A stretch of 64,000 nucleotides of DNA, taken from positions 36,484 through 100,483 of the forward strand of contig CAMAUX010000010.1 of assembly GCA_945861435.1 (NCBI GenBank), written 5' to 3'. The notes under the pieces were generated by a model that had not been told where the DNA came from, did no database searches, and saw only the letters and a program-made list of their open reading frames with translations. This document shows positions 45,108-53,678 of this stretch, one piece after another. How positions within the stretch are numbered: the stretch's first letter is position 1; each line of letters begins with the position of its first letter. Origin of the DNA: Chthoniobacter flavus. GTDB taxonomy: Bacteria > Verrucomicrobiota > Verrucomicrobiia > Chthoniobacterales > Chthoniobacteraceae. Both the position numbers and the translations under genes were made by a program.

Positions 45108-47933
45108 ATGAAGTGCACGGTCCTGCCAGTCCTCACCACCCTCCTCCCTCTGGTGCTCTGCCTCGCGGCCCCCGGTCTTTCCGTGGCTGCAGCAGAGAGC
45201 GCTGCAACACCCCAGCCGGTTGGCGGGATCGTGACGGCCGAAGGCATCACGTTTCTGCGCACGGTGGGGGGCATCGGCGAGTACCGGCTCGATTCCAACG
45301 GGCTGCGCATCCTGCTGCTTCCCCAGGAAAACGCGCCGGTGGCGACGTTTATGGTGACCTACCATGTCGGGTCGCGCAACGAGGTCACGGGGACCACGGG
45401 CGCCACGCATCTGCTTGAGCATCTCATGTTCAAGGGCACGGGGAAATACGACCGCAGCAACGGCACGGGGTTTGACCAAGTGCTGGAGCGGGTGGGCGCG
45501 CAGACGAATGCCACCACATGGCTGGACCGCACCAATTACTTCGCCACCGTGCCGACGCCCTCGCTGCCGCTGCTCATCGAGGTCGAGGCCGACCGGATGC
45601 GCAACCTCGCGCTGCGCGAGGAGGATCGGCAGCCCGAGATGACGGTGGTCCGCAACGAGTTCGAGCGCGGTGAGAACACGCCTTCCGAGGCGCTCGCCAA
45701 GGAGGTGCGCGCCGCGGCGTTTCTCGCCCATCCGTACCATCACGACACCATCGGCTGGCGGAGTGATATCGAGCGGGTGAGCATCGAAAAGCTGCGCGCC
45801 TTTTACGACACGTTCTACTGGCCGGACAACGCGACCGTCACCGTGATCGGCGCCTTTGATCCGGCCGCGACGCTGGCCGCGATTCGCACGCATTACGGGC
45901 CGATCCCGCGCGCGCCCCATGCGTTCCCGGAGATGTACACGGAGGAGCCGGAGCAGACTGGCCAGCGGCGGGTGATTGTGCGGCGGAGCGGCGAGATCGG
46001 TGTGGTGTCCATCGCGCACAAGATCCCACAGGCGACGCATCCCGACTGGCCGGCGATCGCGGTGCTGAGCGCGGTGCTGGCGGAGGGGCGTAACAGCCGC
46101 TGTTACCGCGCGCTCACGGACAAGAACCTGACACTCGAGGTGAGCGCTGCTGCGGGGTTTCAGCGAGACCCATCGCTCCACACCCTCGATGCGCAGCTGG
46201 CTCCGGGGGTGAAGCACGAGCAGGTCGAGAAGCAGCTGATGGCGGAGGTGGCGCGGATCGTGAAGGGCGGGGTCACGGAGGAGGAGGTACGGATGGCCGT
46301 GGCGGGTCTCACCGCGCACCATGAGTTCCTGCGGGACGGTTCGTTTGCGCAAGCCAGCGAGATCAACGAATGCATCGCGGTGGGGGACTGGACGCTGTTC
46401 TTCTCGCTGCCCGAGGTCTGGAAGGCGGTCACGCCCGCCGATGTGCAGCGCGTTGCGCGGGCCTATTTCATTGAGCGGCACAGCACGGTGGGATGGTTCG
46501 TTCCCGCCACTGCCGGAGATCAGGACCCGGCTTCGCATCCTGCGGGGAAGGGTGCGGACGCAGGACCGCAGGCCTTTGAACCGAAGGCTGTGGTCGCGCC
46601 GAAAGCGCCTGCTCAGGAAACCGCATTCGTTGCGCCCGATCTCGCACGCCGCGTGATCCGCGAGGAGGTGGCGGGCATCGACGTGATGGCCTGCCCCACA
46701 AAGGCCAGCGGGATTGTCACCCTGCGTTTCTCGATCCCGGCGGGCGAGGGGCTTTCCGGGAACCGGACGCTGGCGCATCTCACGGCGGGGATGCTTGAGC
46801 GCGGGACCCGCAAGCACAACCAGTTCGCGCTCGCGGCCCTGCTGGAAAAAGCGGGTGCGACACTTGAGTCGACGGTCGGCAACGACAGCGTTCTCTTTTC
46901 TGCCAAGCTGCTCTCCCGCGACTTGGGCCTCGTGCTGGGTGTGCTGGCCGAGGAAGTGCGCGAGCCGGCGTTTTCCGCCGAGGAATTCGCCAAGGAGAAG
47001 AAGGAGTTTGCGGGCGAAGTCCGGCAACTGCTTGAGGAGCCGGGTGAGATGGCTGCCATCGCCTTCACGCGTGCGGTGTTCCCGGCCGGACATCCTGCCC
47101 GCAAAAGCACTGTGGAAGAGCTTCTCAAGGGTATCCAGAAGGCGACGATTGCTGATGTGCGCGCCTTTCATGCCGCGCATTACGGTCCGGCCGAGGGCTC
47201 GAAGAAAGAGGCTGCTGCGGCATCTGCGGCGCGTCCGGGACTGCGCCTTGTCGCGGTCGGCGACCTCGACCCGGAGGTCCTCAAGACAGAGGTGCGCAAG
47301 GCATTTGGCGGATGGAAACCGCGCAGCGGAGCACCCGCGCCCACGGTGCAGGCGGAAGTGGCACGGACTCCCGAGGTGATCGTGGCGATGCCCGAGAAGG
47401 CGAGCGTGAGCGTCATTCTGGGCCAGGCCGGTGCCGTGGCCGCCTCGGATCCCGATGCGCTTGCGTTGCAGATCGCCACGCACGCGCTGGGTTCCGGATT
47501 CACGAGCCGGCTCACGGGCAACGTGCGCGATCGCGAGGGGCTTACTTACGGCATCGGCGCGGCCATCAGCGAAAACACGCGGCGGCCCGGCGCATGGGCG
47601 GTGACGGCCACCTTTGCTCCAGACCTTCTGGAGAAGGGGATCGCCAGCACGCGCCGCGAGATTGATGCATGGTGGAAGGAGGGTCTGAGCGAGGACGAAC
47701 TGGCTTATCGCAAGAGCGCGATCACGGGTCATTACCTCGTGGGCCTTGAGACCACCGAGGGCCTCGCCGGCGCGCTTCTGCTCTGTGCGGAACGCGGTTT
47801 CGATCTGCAATGGGTCGACGAGTTCCCGGCAAAGGTCGCGGCGCTGACGCTTGCGGAAGTCAACGAGGCGATCCGCAAACATCTGGATCCAGCCGTGCTG
47901 ACCACGATCAAGGCCGGCACGCTTGGGAAATAG
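45108..47933 (+). CDS. fused two-unit M16 (pitrilysin/insulinase) family zinc peptidase
   Basis: The ATG at 45108 gives the signal peptide MKCTVLPVLTTLLPLVLCLAAPG. The first unit has the inverted zinc motif HLLEHLMFKGT. The second unit has HLTAGMLERGT at the equivalent place, so it is a non-catalytic partner-like unit. Confidence 0.9.
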   Translation: MKCTVLPVLTTLLPLVLCLAAPGLSVAAAESAATPQPVGGIVTAEGITFLRTVGGIGEYRLDSNGLRILLLPQENAPVATFMVTYHVGSRNEVTGTTGATHLLEHLMFKGTGKYDRSNGTGFDQVLERVGAQTNATTWLDRTNYFATVPTPSLPLLIEVEADRMRNLALREEDRQPEMTVVRNEFERGENTPSEALAKEVRAAAFLAHPYHHDTIGWRSDIERVSIEKLRAFYDTFYWPDNATVTVIGAFDPAATLAAIRTHYGPIPRAPHAFPEMYTEEPEQTGQRRVIVRRSGEIGVVSIAHKIPQATHPDWPAIAVLSAVLAEGRNSRCYRALTDKNLTLEVSAAAGFQRDPSLHTLDAQLAPGVKHEQVEKQLMAEVARIVKGGVTEEEVRMAVAGLTAHHEFLRDGSFAQASEINECIAVGDWTLFFSLPEVWKAVTPADVQRVARAYFIERHSTVGWFVPATAGDQDPASHPAGKGADAGPQAFEPKAVVAPKAPAQETAFVAPDLARRVIREEVAGIDVMACPTKASGIVTLRFSIPAGEGLSGNRTLAHLTAGMLERGTRKHNQFALAALLEKAGATLESTVGNDSVLFSAKLLSRDLGLVLGVLAEEVREPAFSAEEFAKEKKEFAGEVRQLLEEPGEMAAIAFTRAVFPAGHPARKSTVEELLKGIQKATIADVRAFHAAHYGPAEGSKKEAAAASAARPGLRLVAVGDLDPEVLKTEVRKAFGGWKPRSGAPAPTVQAEVARTPEVIVAMPEKASVSVILGQAGAVAASDPDALALQIATHALGSGFTSRLTGNVRDREGLTYGIGAAISENTRRPGAWAVTATFAPDLLEKGIASTRREIDAWWKEGLSEDELAYRKSAITGHYLVGLETTEGLAGALLLCAERGFDLQWVDEFPAKVAALTLAEVNEAIRKHLDPAVLTTIKAGTLGK

Positions 47934-48168
47934 CGGGGAAGCACTGCGGCGCTTGGGTGGGGTGGCGAGGAAACTCCTGCGGCGCTTTCACCGCCGAGGG
48001 CGAGGGGATTTCGCGCCAAGGCACCAAGGAAAATGGCGCAAAGCAGCGGGGGAACGGCGGCGTCTTCGGGGGCTCGGGTTGCTGATTCACTTCGGCGCGG
48101 ACCGGAGCCCCCCGACAAATCCTCGGCGGTTGCCAATGCGCACACGGACAGCTAAGGGATGGGGTCCC

Positions 48169-49371
48169 ATGTTTTTTCTGACCCCACGGCATATCAAGCA
48201 GGCCCGGGAAATGGCCAAGGAAGCGCGCAAACTCCTCGCCTACAAGCGGGACCTCTGGGCTGCGAAGGGAAGTGGGACGGTGGAGGAGTTCGAGGCTGGG
48301 ATCCGCACCTTGGAGACAGCGACGCAGTCGCGCAAAAAAGAAGCCATCGAGGAAGCGGGTCGGAAGCTGGAAGAGTTGGCGTCCGCGCGGCTTGAGCCTG
48401 TGAGCAATCCGGGCTGGCGGGAGAACTGCGAGGTGTTCCTTGTGGCGATTGTGGTGGCGCTCGGAGTGCGGACGTATTTCCTGCAGCCCTTCACGATTCC
48501 CACGGGGTCGATGCAGCCGACGCTCAACGGGATCATCGGGTACAAGACGCAGGAGTCGCCGCCGAACATTTTGGTGCGGACGTTGCAGGCGGTGACCCAT
48601 GGGCGCACATGGGTCGAGGTGGTGGCGGAGGAGGATGACATGATCACGAGTGTCACGGAGACCAGCACCCTGGGATTTTTCACCAAGACGCACCTCAAGG
48701 GACAGAAGAGCGAGTACAGCGTGAACTGCCCGCAGGACACGCTGATGCGCTACTTCCTGCCTCAGGCCGGCCCGTTCAAGAAGGGGGACGTGCTGGTGCG
48801 GGGATACTACGAGACGGGTGACCACGTTTTCGTGGATAAGATCTCCTATCACTTCCGCAAGCCGCGCCGGGGTGAGGTGTTCGTGTTCAACACGCAGAAC
48901 ATTCCGACTCGAGAGAACCGGAATTCGGGGATGCAGGGGCCTTCCCAGTATTACATCAAGCGTCTTGCGGGGTTGCCGGGCGACAAGCTCCAGATCCAAC
49001 CGCCCAAGCTCTTCATCAACGACGGCGAAGCGCAGGGGGCGAACTTTGGCCGGGTCATGGGGGCCCAGAACGGCTACCGCGGTTATTCCAACGAGAGCGA
49101 AGGCGCGCCTGATGCCCGCGGCTATGCGCCGCGCTTTCCGCTGAACTGGACGCTGCGCGAACCCAAGGAGATCTTCAAGGTCCCTTCGAAGGCGGCAGGG
49201 GATGAGGAGGACTGTTACTTCGCCCTCGGAGACAACAGTTTCCACAGTTCCGACAGCCGCGATTGGGGTCCGGTCCCCCAGCGCAATCTGATGGGCTGCG
49301 GACTGCTGGTTTACTGGCCCTTCGCGAAGCACTGGGGCCCCATGGACGGTTGGACGATGGGGGGCAAGTGA
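48169..49371 (+). CDS. lepB: signal peptidase I (S26) with an N-terminal extension and a large insertion
   Basis: Catalytic Ser box PTGSMQPTL, then GDHVFVDKISY, Lys box YYIKRLAGLPGDKLQI, and YFALGDNSFHSSDSRDWGPVP. The start is taken at ATG 48169; 48136 is also possible. Confidence 0.9.
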   Translation: MFFLTPRHIKQAREMAKEARKLLAYKRDLWAAKGSGTVEEFEAGIRTLETATQSRKKEAIEEAGRKLEELASARLEPVSNPGWRENCEVFLVAIVVALGVRTYFLQPFTIPTGSMQPTLNGIIGYKTQESPPNILVRTLQAVTHGRTWVEVVAEEDDMITSVTETSTLGFFTKTHLKGQKSEYSVNCPQDTLMRYFLPQAGPFKKGDVLVRGYYETGDHVFVDKISYHFRKPRRGEVFVFNTQNIPTRENRNSGMQGPSQYYIKRLAGLPGDKLQIQPPKLFINDGEAQGANFGRVMGAQNGYRGYSNESEGAPDARGYAPRFPLNWTLREPKEIFKVPSKAAGDEEDCYFALGDNSFHSSDSRDWGPVPQRNLMGCGLLVYWPFAKHWGPMDGWTMGGK

Positions 49372-49474
49372 GCCGGGTTTGGGGGAGCCCAGCCATCCAC
49401 AGGCACGGCCCTCCAAGCTGCCGCATCGGGGGTTTTGCCTTGAGCAATCTCAGGCGGGCGATAGTTGTCGGAGC

Positions 49475-50596
49475 ATGAACGGCCCCGAAGAGGGAAATAC
49501 GGCGCCCCCCCCCGCCAACAACCCGCTCCGTGCTGGAGGTCTGCAAAAGACCATCACCATGGCGCAGATCGCCAAGGCAGCAAAGGTTTCACAAGGAGCC
49601 ATCTCCTCGCTGCTCAACGATCGGGACTACGGGATCCGCGTCAGCGAGAAGACCCGGGAGCGGGTGTTCAAGGTGTGCCGTCAGTTGGGTTATGTCCCCA
49701 ACGACCTCCGCGCCGTGGTCCGTATGTATCCTGAGTTTGGAGACTTCTGCCTTCTGCTCGCGGACGACATTCCCGGCGGCCTGCAGAACCCCATGGCGAG
49801 TCGGGTGGCGGCCCATTTGCAGGGCCGGGTGGGCTCGTACTCCTTTTCCGTCGGCAGATACAATCCTCTCACCGATTACTCTGACCCGGAGCATTCGCTG
49901 CCCGATCCTGTTCCGACCGGCGTGAGCTCCAAAGTGCTGCTGCTGGGAACTTACAACGCGAGCCTTGCAGAGGAACTCAGCCGCAGGAGCGTCCCTGCCG
50001 TCTGTATCGGTGCGAGCGTGCATAGCGACTGCGCCCCTTGTTTCGCTCAGGACTACGCGCAGGCCGCCGACCTCGCTCTCACCCAACTCGCTCAACTCGG
50101 ACATCCTGATCCAGTCGTGATTGTGCCGCCTGCGGAGTCGTCTCCGGAGGGGCCGCACATTCTTGCCGTAGCCGAGGCGATGGTGGCACGGGCGGGCAGG
50201 GGGGCTGAGGGTTTGCTGATTGCGCCGACCACGGCAGCAGGCGGTGCGCAGGCATTGAATTGGCTGAGAGGCATCAGTCCCAAGGCGACTGCGGTTTTTT
50301 GCTGGTCGGAGGAAACCGCCACCGGGCTGGCCTGTGCTGCACAGGGAGCTGGCGTCCCATTGGGTGGGGAACTCAGTATTGTTGCGTGCAGCGGCGGGCA
50401 GGCGGGGGCTTTGACGCGGGTCGAGATGCCCTTCGAGAGCATGGTGGCTGAGGCGGTTTTGGTTCTGGAAAGCTTGGCCGCCGCATCGGACTCCGCCCGT
50501 CGTAAAGCCTTGGCGAGAGCCCCGCTGCGGACATTCCCGGCGCGCTGGATCGAGGGTTCCACTGCGGGGGTTCACCCCAATCGTGGGGCTTTGTAA
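49475..50596 (+). CDS. LacI-family transcriptional regulator
   Basis: HTH ITMAQIAKAAKVSQGAISSLLNDR...SEKTRERVFKVCRQLGYVPN, followed by a periplasmic-binding-like domain. The start is taken at ATG 49475. Confidence 0.85.
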   Translation: MNGPEEGNTAPPPANNPLRAGGLQKTITMAQIAKAAKVSQGAISSLLNDRDYGIRVSEKTRERVFKVCRQLGYVPNDLRAVVRMYPEFGDFCLLLADDIPGGLQNPMASRVAAHLQGRVGSYSFSVGRYNPLTDYSDPEHSLPDPVPTGVSSKVLLLGTYNASLAEELSRRSVPAVCIGASVHSDCAPCFAQDYAQAADLALTQLAQLGHPDPVVIVPPAESSPEGPHILAVAEAMVARAGRGAEGLLIAPTTAAGGAQALNWLRGISPKATAVFCWSEETATGLACAAQGAGVPLGGELSIVACSGGQAGALTRVEMPFESMVAEAVLVLESLAAASDSARRKALARAPLRTFPARWIEGSTAGVHPNRGAL

Positions 50597-50625
50597 GCTC
50601 CCGTCTGCGGTCCGCCGGGCCTGTT

Positions 50626-50643
50626 CCACAGGTATCCCTGTGG
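50626..50643. promoter_or_regulatory. palindrome CCACAGG-TATC-CCTGTGG between the LacI-type gene and a small membrane-protein gene
   Basis: Perfect 7-bp arms, immediately followed by TGGTTTGACTCTTGACGG, which contains TTGAC -35-like hexamers. It could be an operator or the regulator gene's terminator hairpin. Confidence 0.3.
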
Positions 50644-50692
50644 TGGTTTGACTCTTGACGGCCCCCCCCTCCTCCGCGAGAAAAGGGGGCTG

Positions 50693-51064
50693 ATGAACAT
50701 TCCCTCCTTCCTCCCGATTGCAGCGACCGGCGTGAGCTTGTTGCTCAGCCTCTGGCTCTTTGTGGTCAGCAACACCAATTCCAGCCTGCAAGGCGACCTG
50801 CAGAAGAAGCAGACCGATCTTCAGAAGGAGCAGCAGGAACTCCAGATGCAGGTGCAGCAGTTCCAGAATCAGCAGCAGCAGATCAACACCGGGGTCCGTC
50901 TGGCCAAGGAAATCGGGCCCACCGTGCTGCGTGAACTCGGCAATCTTGCCGTGCAGAACAAGAACGACGCCATCAAGAAGCTCCTCGCCAAGCACGGGGT
51001 GAACATTCAGGAAAACCCGGATGCTGGAAAACCTGTGAAGCCGGCCCCGACACCCGCTCCCTAA
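50693..51064 (+). CDS. small single-pass membrane protein with a Gln-rich coiled coil
   Basis: The ATG at 50693 is preceded by AAGGGGG. One TM helix (FLPIAATGVSLLLSLWLFVV) is followed by LQGDLQKKQTDLQKEQQELQMQVQQFQNQQQQ and a conserved tail shared with the next gene. Confidence 0.65.
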   Translation: MNIPSFLPIAATGVSLLLSLWLFVVSNTNSSLQGDLQKKQTDLQKEQQELQMQVQQFQNQQQQINTGVRLAKEIGPTVLRELGNLAVQNKNDAIKKLLAKHGVNIQENPDAGKPVKPAPTPAP

Positions 51065-51091
51065 CGTCTCTCGTTCCACCCTCCCTTCCCT

Positions 51092-51553
51092 ATGAACTCG
51101 GATGACTCTTCCTTTCAAGAGCGCCCCGCCAAGCACACCGGCTCCCCCTCTCCCATGAACTCCAACGAATCTTCTTCGAACACCCTCTCTACAGCCATTT
51201 TCCTTCTGGCCCTGAGCGCCGTGGTTTATCTCGCGGCCCAGATCGGCATGGCCAAGCGTGGTGGCGACACCATGCGCTGGCAGTTGACGGAATTGGACAG
51301 CCTGATCGGCAAGCATCAGGAGCAGAAGAAGCTCACGGCCGATGCGGTCATCAAGAACGAGGATCAGGTGAAGCAGTCGAATCAGTTGCAGACGTCCTAC
51401 AGCAACCTCTTCAACGACATCATCGACCTCGCCAAGACCGATGCCGATGCCAAGAAGATCGTCGACGCTTTCGGTATCCAGCGCCAGAACCCCGAAGGTG
51501 CACCCGCGGCCGAAGCGAAGCCCGCGGACGCCAAGGCGCCTGAGAAGAAGTAA
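51092..51553 (+). CDS. small single-pass membrane protein, paralogue-like to 50693-51064
   Basis: The architecture is TM helix, coiled coil, then the tail FNDIIDLAKTDADAKKIVDAFGIQRQNPEG. The neighbour's tail is LRELGNLAVQNKNDAIKKLLAKHGVNIQENPDAG. Confidence 0.65.
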   Translation: MNSDDSSFQERPAKHTGSPSPMNSNESSSNTLSTAIFLLALSAVVYLAAQIGMAKRGGDTMRWQLTELDSLIGKHQEQKKLTADAVIKNEDQVKQSNQLQTSYSNLFNDIIDLAKTDADAKKIVDAFGIQRQNPEGAPAAEAKPADAKAPEKK

Positions 51554-51582
51554 CGGCTCAACGCATCCAACCTTTCATCCAC

Positions 51583-51618
51583 GGCACACGTTCTCCGGAG
51601 CGTGTGCCGTGTTCTTTT
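51583..51618 (+). terminator. Rho-independent terminator
   Basis: A perfect 8-bp stem pairs GGCACACG (51583-90) with CGTGTGCC (51601-08) across a 10-nt loop, followed by GTGTTCTTTT. It lies 30 nt after the stop of the preceding gene. Confidence 0.65.
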
Positions 51619-51622
51619 CCCC

Positions 51623-52312
51623 ATGCACCTCCTCCTCTTCGACATCGACGGCACCCTGATCGCCAGCGGAGGCGCCGGGGAGAAGGCCCTTCGCATCGCA
51701 CTTCGCGAACAGTTCGCCGTCGAGGACGACTTCCGCTCCATCGAGATCGCCGGCAGAACAGACTCCGGCATTGCACGGCGGATTCTGGAAAGGCACCAGA
51801 TCCCTGCGACGGAACAGAACGTCAGCCGTTTTCTTGAGGGCTACTTGGCCCAACTCAGCCTGCTCCTTCCGCAGGTGCCGGGGCGCGTTCTCCCGGGCGT
51901 GGTTGCCATGCTGGACGCGCTTCGCACGCGCAAGGATTTTGCCGTGGGCCTTCTCACGGGCAACCTAGTGCGCGGAGCCCAACTCAAACTCGCGCATTAC
52001 GGACTCTGGCACCATTTCCCCTTTGGCGCGTTTGCGGACGACCATCACGAACGCAATCACCTCGGTCCCTTCGCCCAAAGCCGCGCCCAAGCACACCACG
52101 GCATCGCTTTTCCGCCGGAGAAGATCTGGATCCTTGGAGACACCCCGCACGATATCGCCTGCGCTCGCGCGATTGGCGCCCGTGCTCTTGCGGTGGCCAC
52201 GGGCATCTTTTCCCTCGATGCACTGGAACCCCACCAGCCGGATCTGCTCCTTGAGGACCTTTCCGAAGGGGCCGCTCTGCTCGACACCCTCTGCTCTCCC
52301 TCAGCCCGCTGA
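51623..52312 (+). CDS. HAD-superfamily hydrolase (phosphoglycolate-phosphatase-like)
   Basis: MHLLLFDIDGTLIASGGAG contains the DxDGT motif I, and GDTPHDIACARAIGA is motif IV-like. I prefer the ATG at 51623 over the GTG at 51602, which lies inside the terminator stem. Confidence 0.85.
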   Translation: MHLLLFDIDGTLIASGGAGEKALRIALREQFAVEDDFRSIEIAGRTDSGIARRILERHQIPATEQNVSRFLEGYLAQLSLLLPQVPGRVLPGVVAMLDALRTRKDFAVGLLTGNLVRGAQLKLAHYGLWHHFPFGAFADDHHERNHLGPFAQSRAQAHHGIAFPPEKIWILGDTPHDIACARAIGARALAVATGIFSLDALEPHQPDLLLEDLSEGAALLDTLCSPSAR

Positions 52313-52333
52313 ATTCCTGACAGCTCTCCCTCG

Positions 52334-53176
52334 GTGAACAGCCCATCCGCCACCCAGTCGCTGAAGCTCGCCCGGTTCAGGAAAGGGGCGGCTGTGGCCG
52401 ATGTCCGGGATCTTGTGGCAGTCGAAGCCCCCATGGAAATCCGGGTGGAGGGTCACAGTCTCGCGGTGTTGATGCGCACCCCCGGCCGCGACCGGGAGCT
52501 GACGGCTGGATTTCTCCTTAGCGAGGGGGTGATTCGTTCGTCCCGGGACCTTTTTGAAATCAGCCTTTGCGGGGGGGAAGCCGGCGCTCCGGCGCAAGTC
52601 GCTGAGGTTCATTTGCGCAACCCCAGCAAGTTTGCCCCGGAGAAGCTCACGCGGCATCTGCTGACTTCTTCCAGTTGCGGGGTGTGCAGCCAGACTCTCC
52701 TCGCATCGGTTCTGAGACGTCGCCGACCACTCAAAGGGTCCGCGCGGATCGCACCAGCGGAACTCCAGCGGATGCCAGACATGCTGCGGGAGGCGCAGGC
52801 TGTGTTTGCGGTTACGGGCGGTCTGCATGCCTGTGCGCTGGTGGAAGCTGGGGGCGACCTTGTTGAGGTGTGTGAGGATGTGGGGCGGCACAACGCCCTC
52901 GACAAACTCATTGGCAACCGTCTGCTCAACCGCCAGCTCCCATTGGACTCCCACGTGCTCCTGCTCAGCGGCCGCACCTCCTTCGAGATGGTGCAAAAGG
53001 CCTATGCGGCTGGGATCGTCTTCGTCGCCGCCATTGGCGCGCCGAGCTCCCTCGCGGTGGATTTCGCCCGCAAGAGTGGCCAGACGTTGGTGGGCTTCCT
53101 GCGGGAGGATTCCTTCAACACTTACAGCGGATCGCGGCGCTTGCAGACGCAACGGCGCGGGCCCGGAACGGCCTGA
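52334..53176 (+). CDS. fdhD: formate dehydrogenase accessory sulfurtransferase
   Basis: 280 aa with a GTG start. Blocks seen: VAVEAPMEIRV, RTPGRDRELTAGFLLSEGVI, SSCGVCS, GGLHACAL, EDVGRHNALDKLIG and LLSGRTSFEMVQKAYAAGI. Confidence 0.9.
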   Translation: MNSPSATQSLKLARFRKGAAVADVRDLVAVEAPMEIRVEGHSLAVLMRTPGRDRELTAGFLLSEGVIRSSRDLFEISLCGGEAGAPAQVAEVHLRNPSKFAPEKLTRHLLTSSSCGVCSQTLLASVLRRRRPLKGSARIAPAELQRMPDMLREAQAVFAVTGGLHACALVEAGGDLVEVCEDVGRHNALDKLIGNRLLNRQLPLDSHVLLLSGRTSFEMVQKAYAAGIVFVAAIGAPSSLAVDFARKSGQTLVGFLREDSFNTYSGSRRLQTQRRGPGTA

Positions 53177-53216
53177 TCACACAAACCGCGGAAATGGGAT
53201 CAGCCGGCAATCCCGC

Positions 53217-53627
53217 TCAGGGGTTGACGAAGATCCTGTCGGTATAAGGATCGATCACTTCGGAGCGGTGGGGAAGGCCGCGCACATCCACAATGCGGTA
53301 GGGTTGATAGGGGCTGCGCACGAAGCCCGACTGCCCGGTCGGCCGGCCCCACGGATAACGCGAGCGCCCCTGTCCGGAGCTCCCCGCCATATAGCCCCGC
53401 TCGTAGCCGACGCGCCTTTGATCCTGCGCGGCCTTGCCCAGAAGATAACCTGCGCCGGCGCCGATCACGGCCCCACCGACTGCATCGCTGCCCCGCCCAT
53501 GCATCAATCCGCCGATCGCTGCACCCAAGCCCGCGCCAGCCAAGGCGCTGTCGCCTGGGGTTTCACAGGAGGTCATGCCGAGAACCAGAACCAGCGCAGC
53601 GGACGTAACAGCGATGAGCTTCTTCAT
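53217..53627 (-). CDS. glycine-zipper lipoprotein
   Basis: MKKLIAVTSAALVLVLGMTSC is a lipobox signal. It is followed by GAGLGAAIGGLMHG...GGAVIGAGAGYLLG glycine-zipper repeats. Confidence 0.75.
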   Translation of the reverse strand: MKKLIAVTSAALVLVLGMTSCETPGDSALAGAGLGAAIGGLMHGRGSDAVGGAVIGAGAGYLLGKAAQDQRRVGYERGYMAGSSGQGRSRYPWGRPTGQSGFVRSPYQPYRIVDVRGLPHRSEVIDPYTDRIFVNP

Positions 53628-53678
53628 AAGACTTCCTTTGTAACCATGATACCGACCAAATTAAAGTCCGGATCTCGC

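Noticed and set aside
44805-47882. Very long antisense ORFs, for example 44805-47882 (-), 59062-61581 (-), 25734-27527 (+), 19667-21301 (+), 12321-14633 (-), 8550-10331 (-), 47908-49416 (-), 36224-37396 (-)
   Set aside because: Each lies opposite a gene with unmistakable family motifs (M16, LigA, RecC, RecD, PSCyt, oxidoreductase, LepB, DUF1553). Their translations are Arg/Pro/Gly-rich low-complexity strings. These are typical shadow ORFs of G+C-rich DNA.
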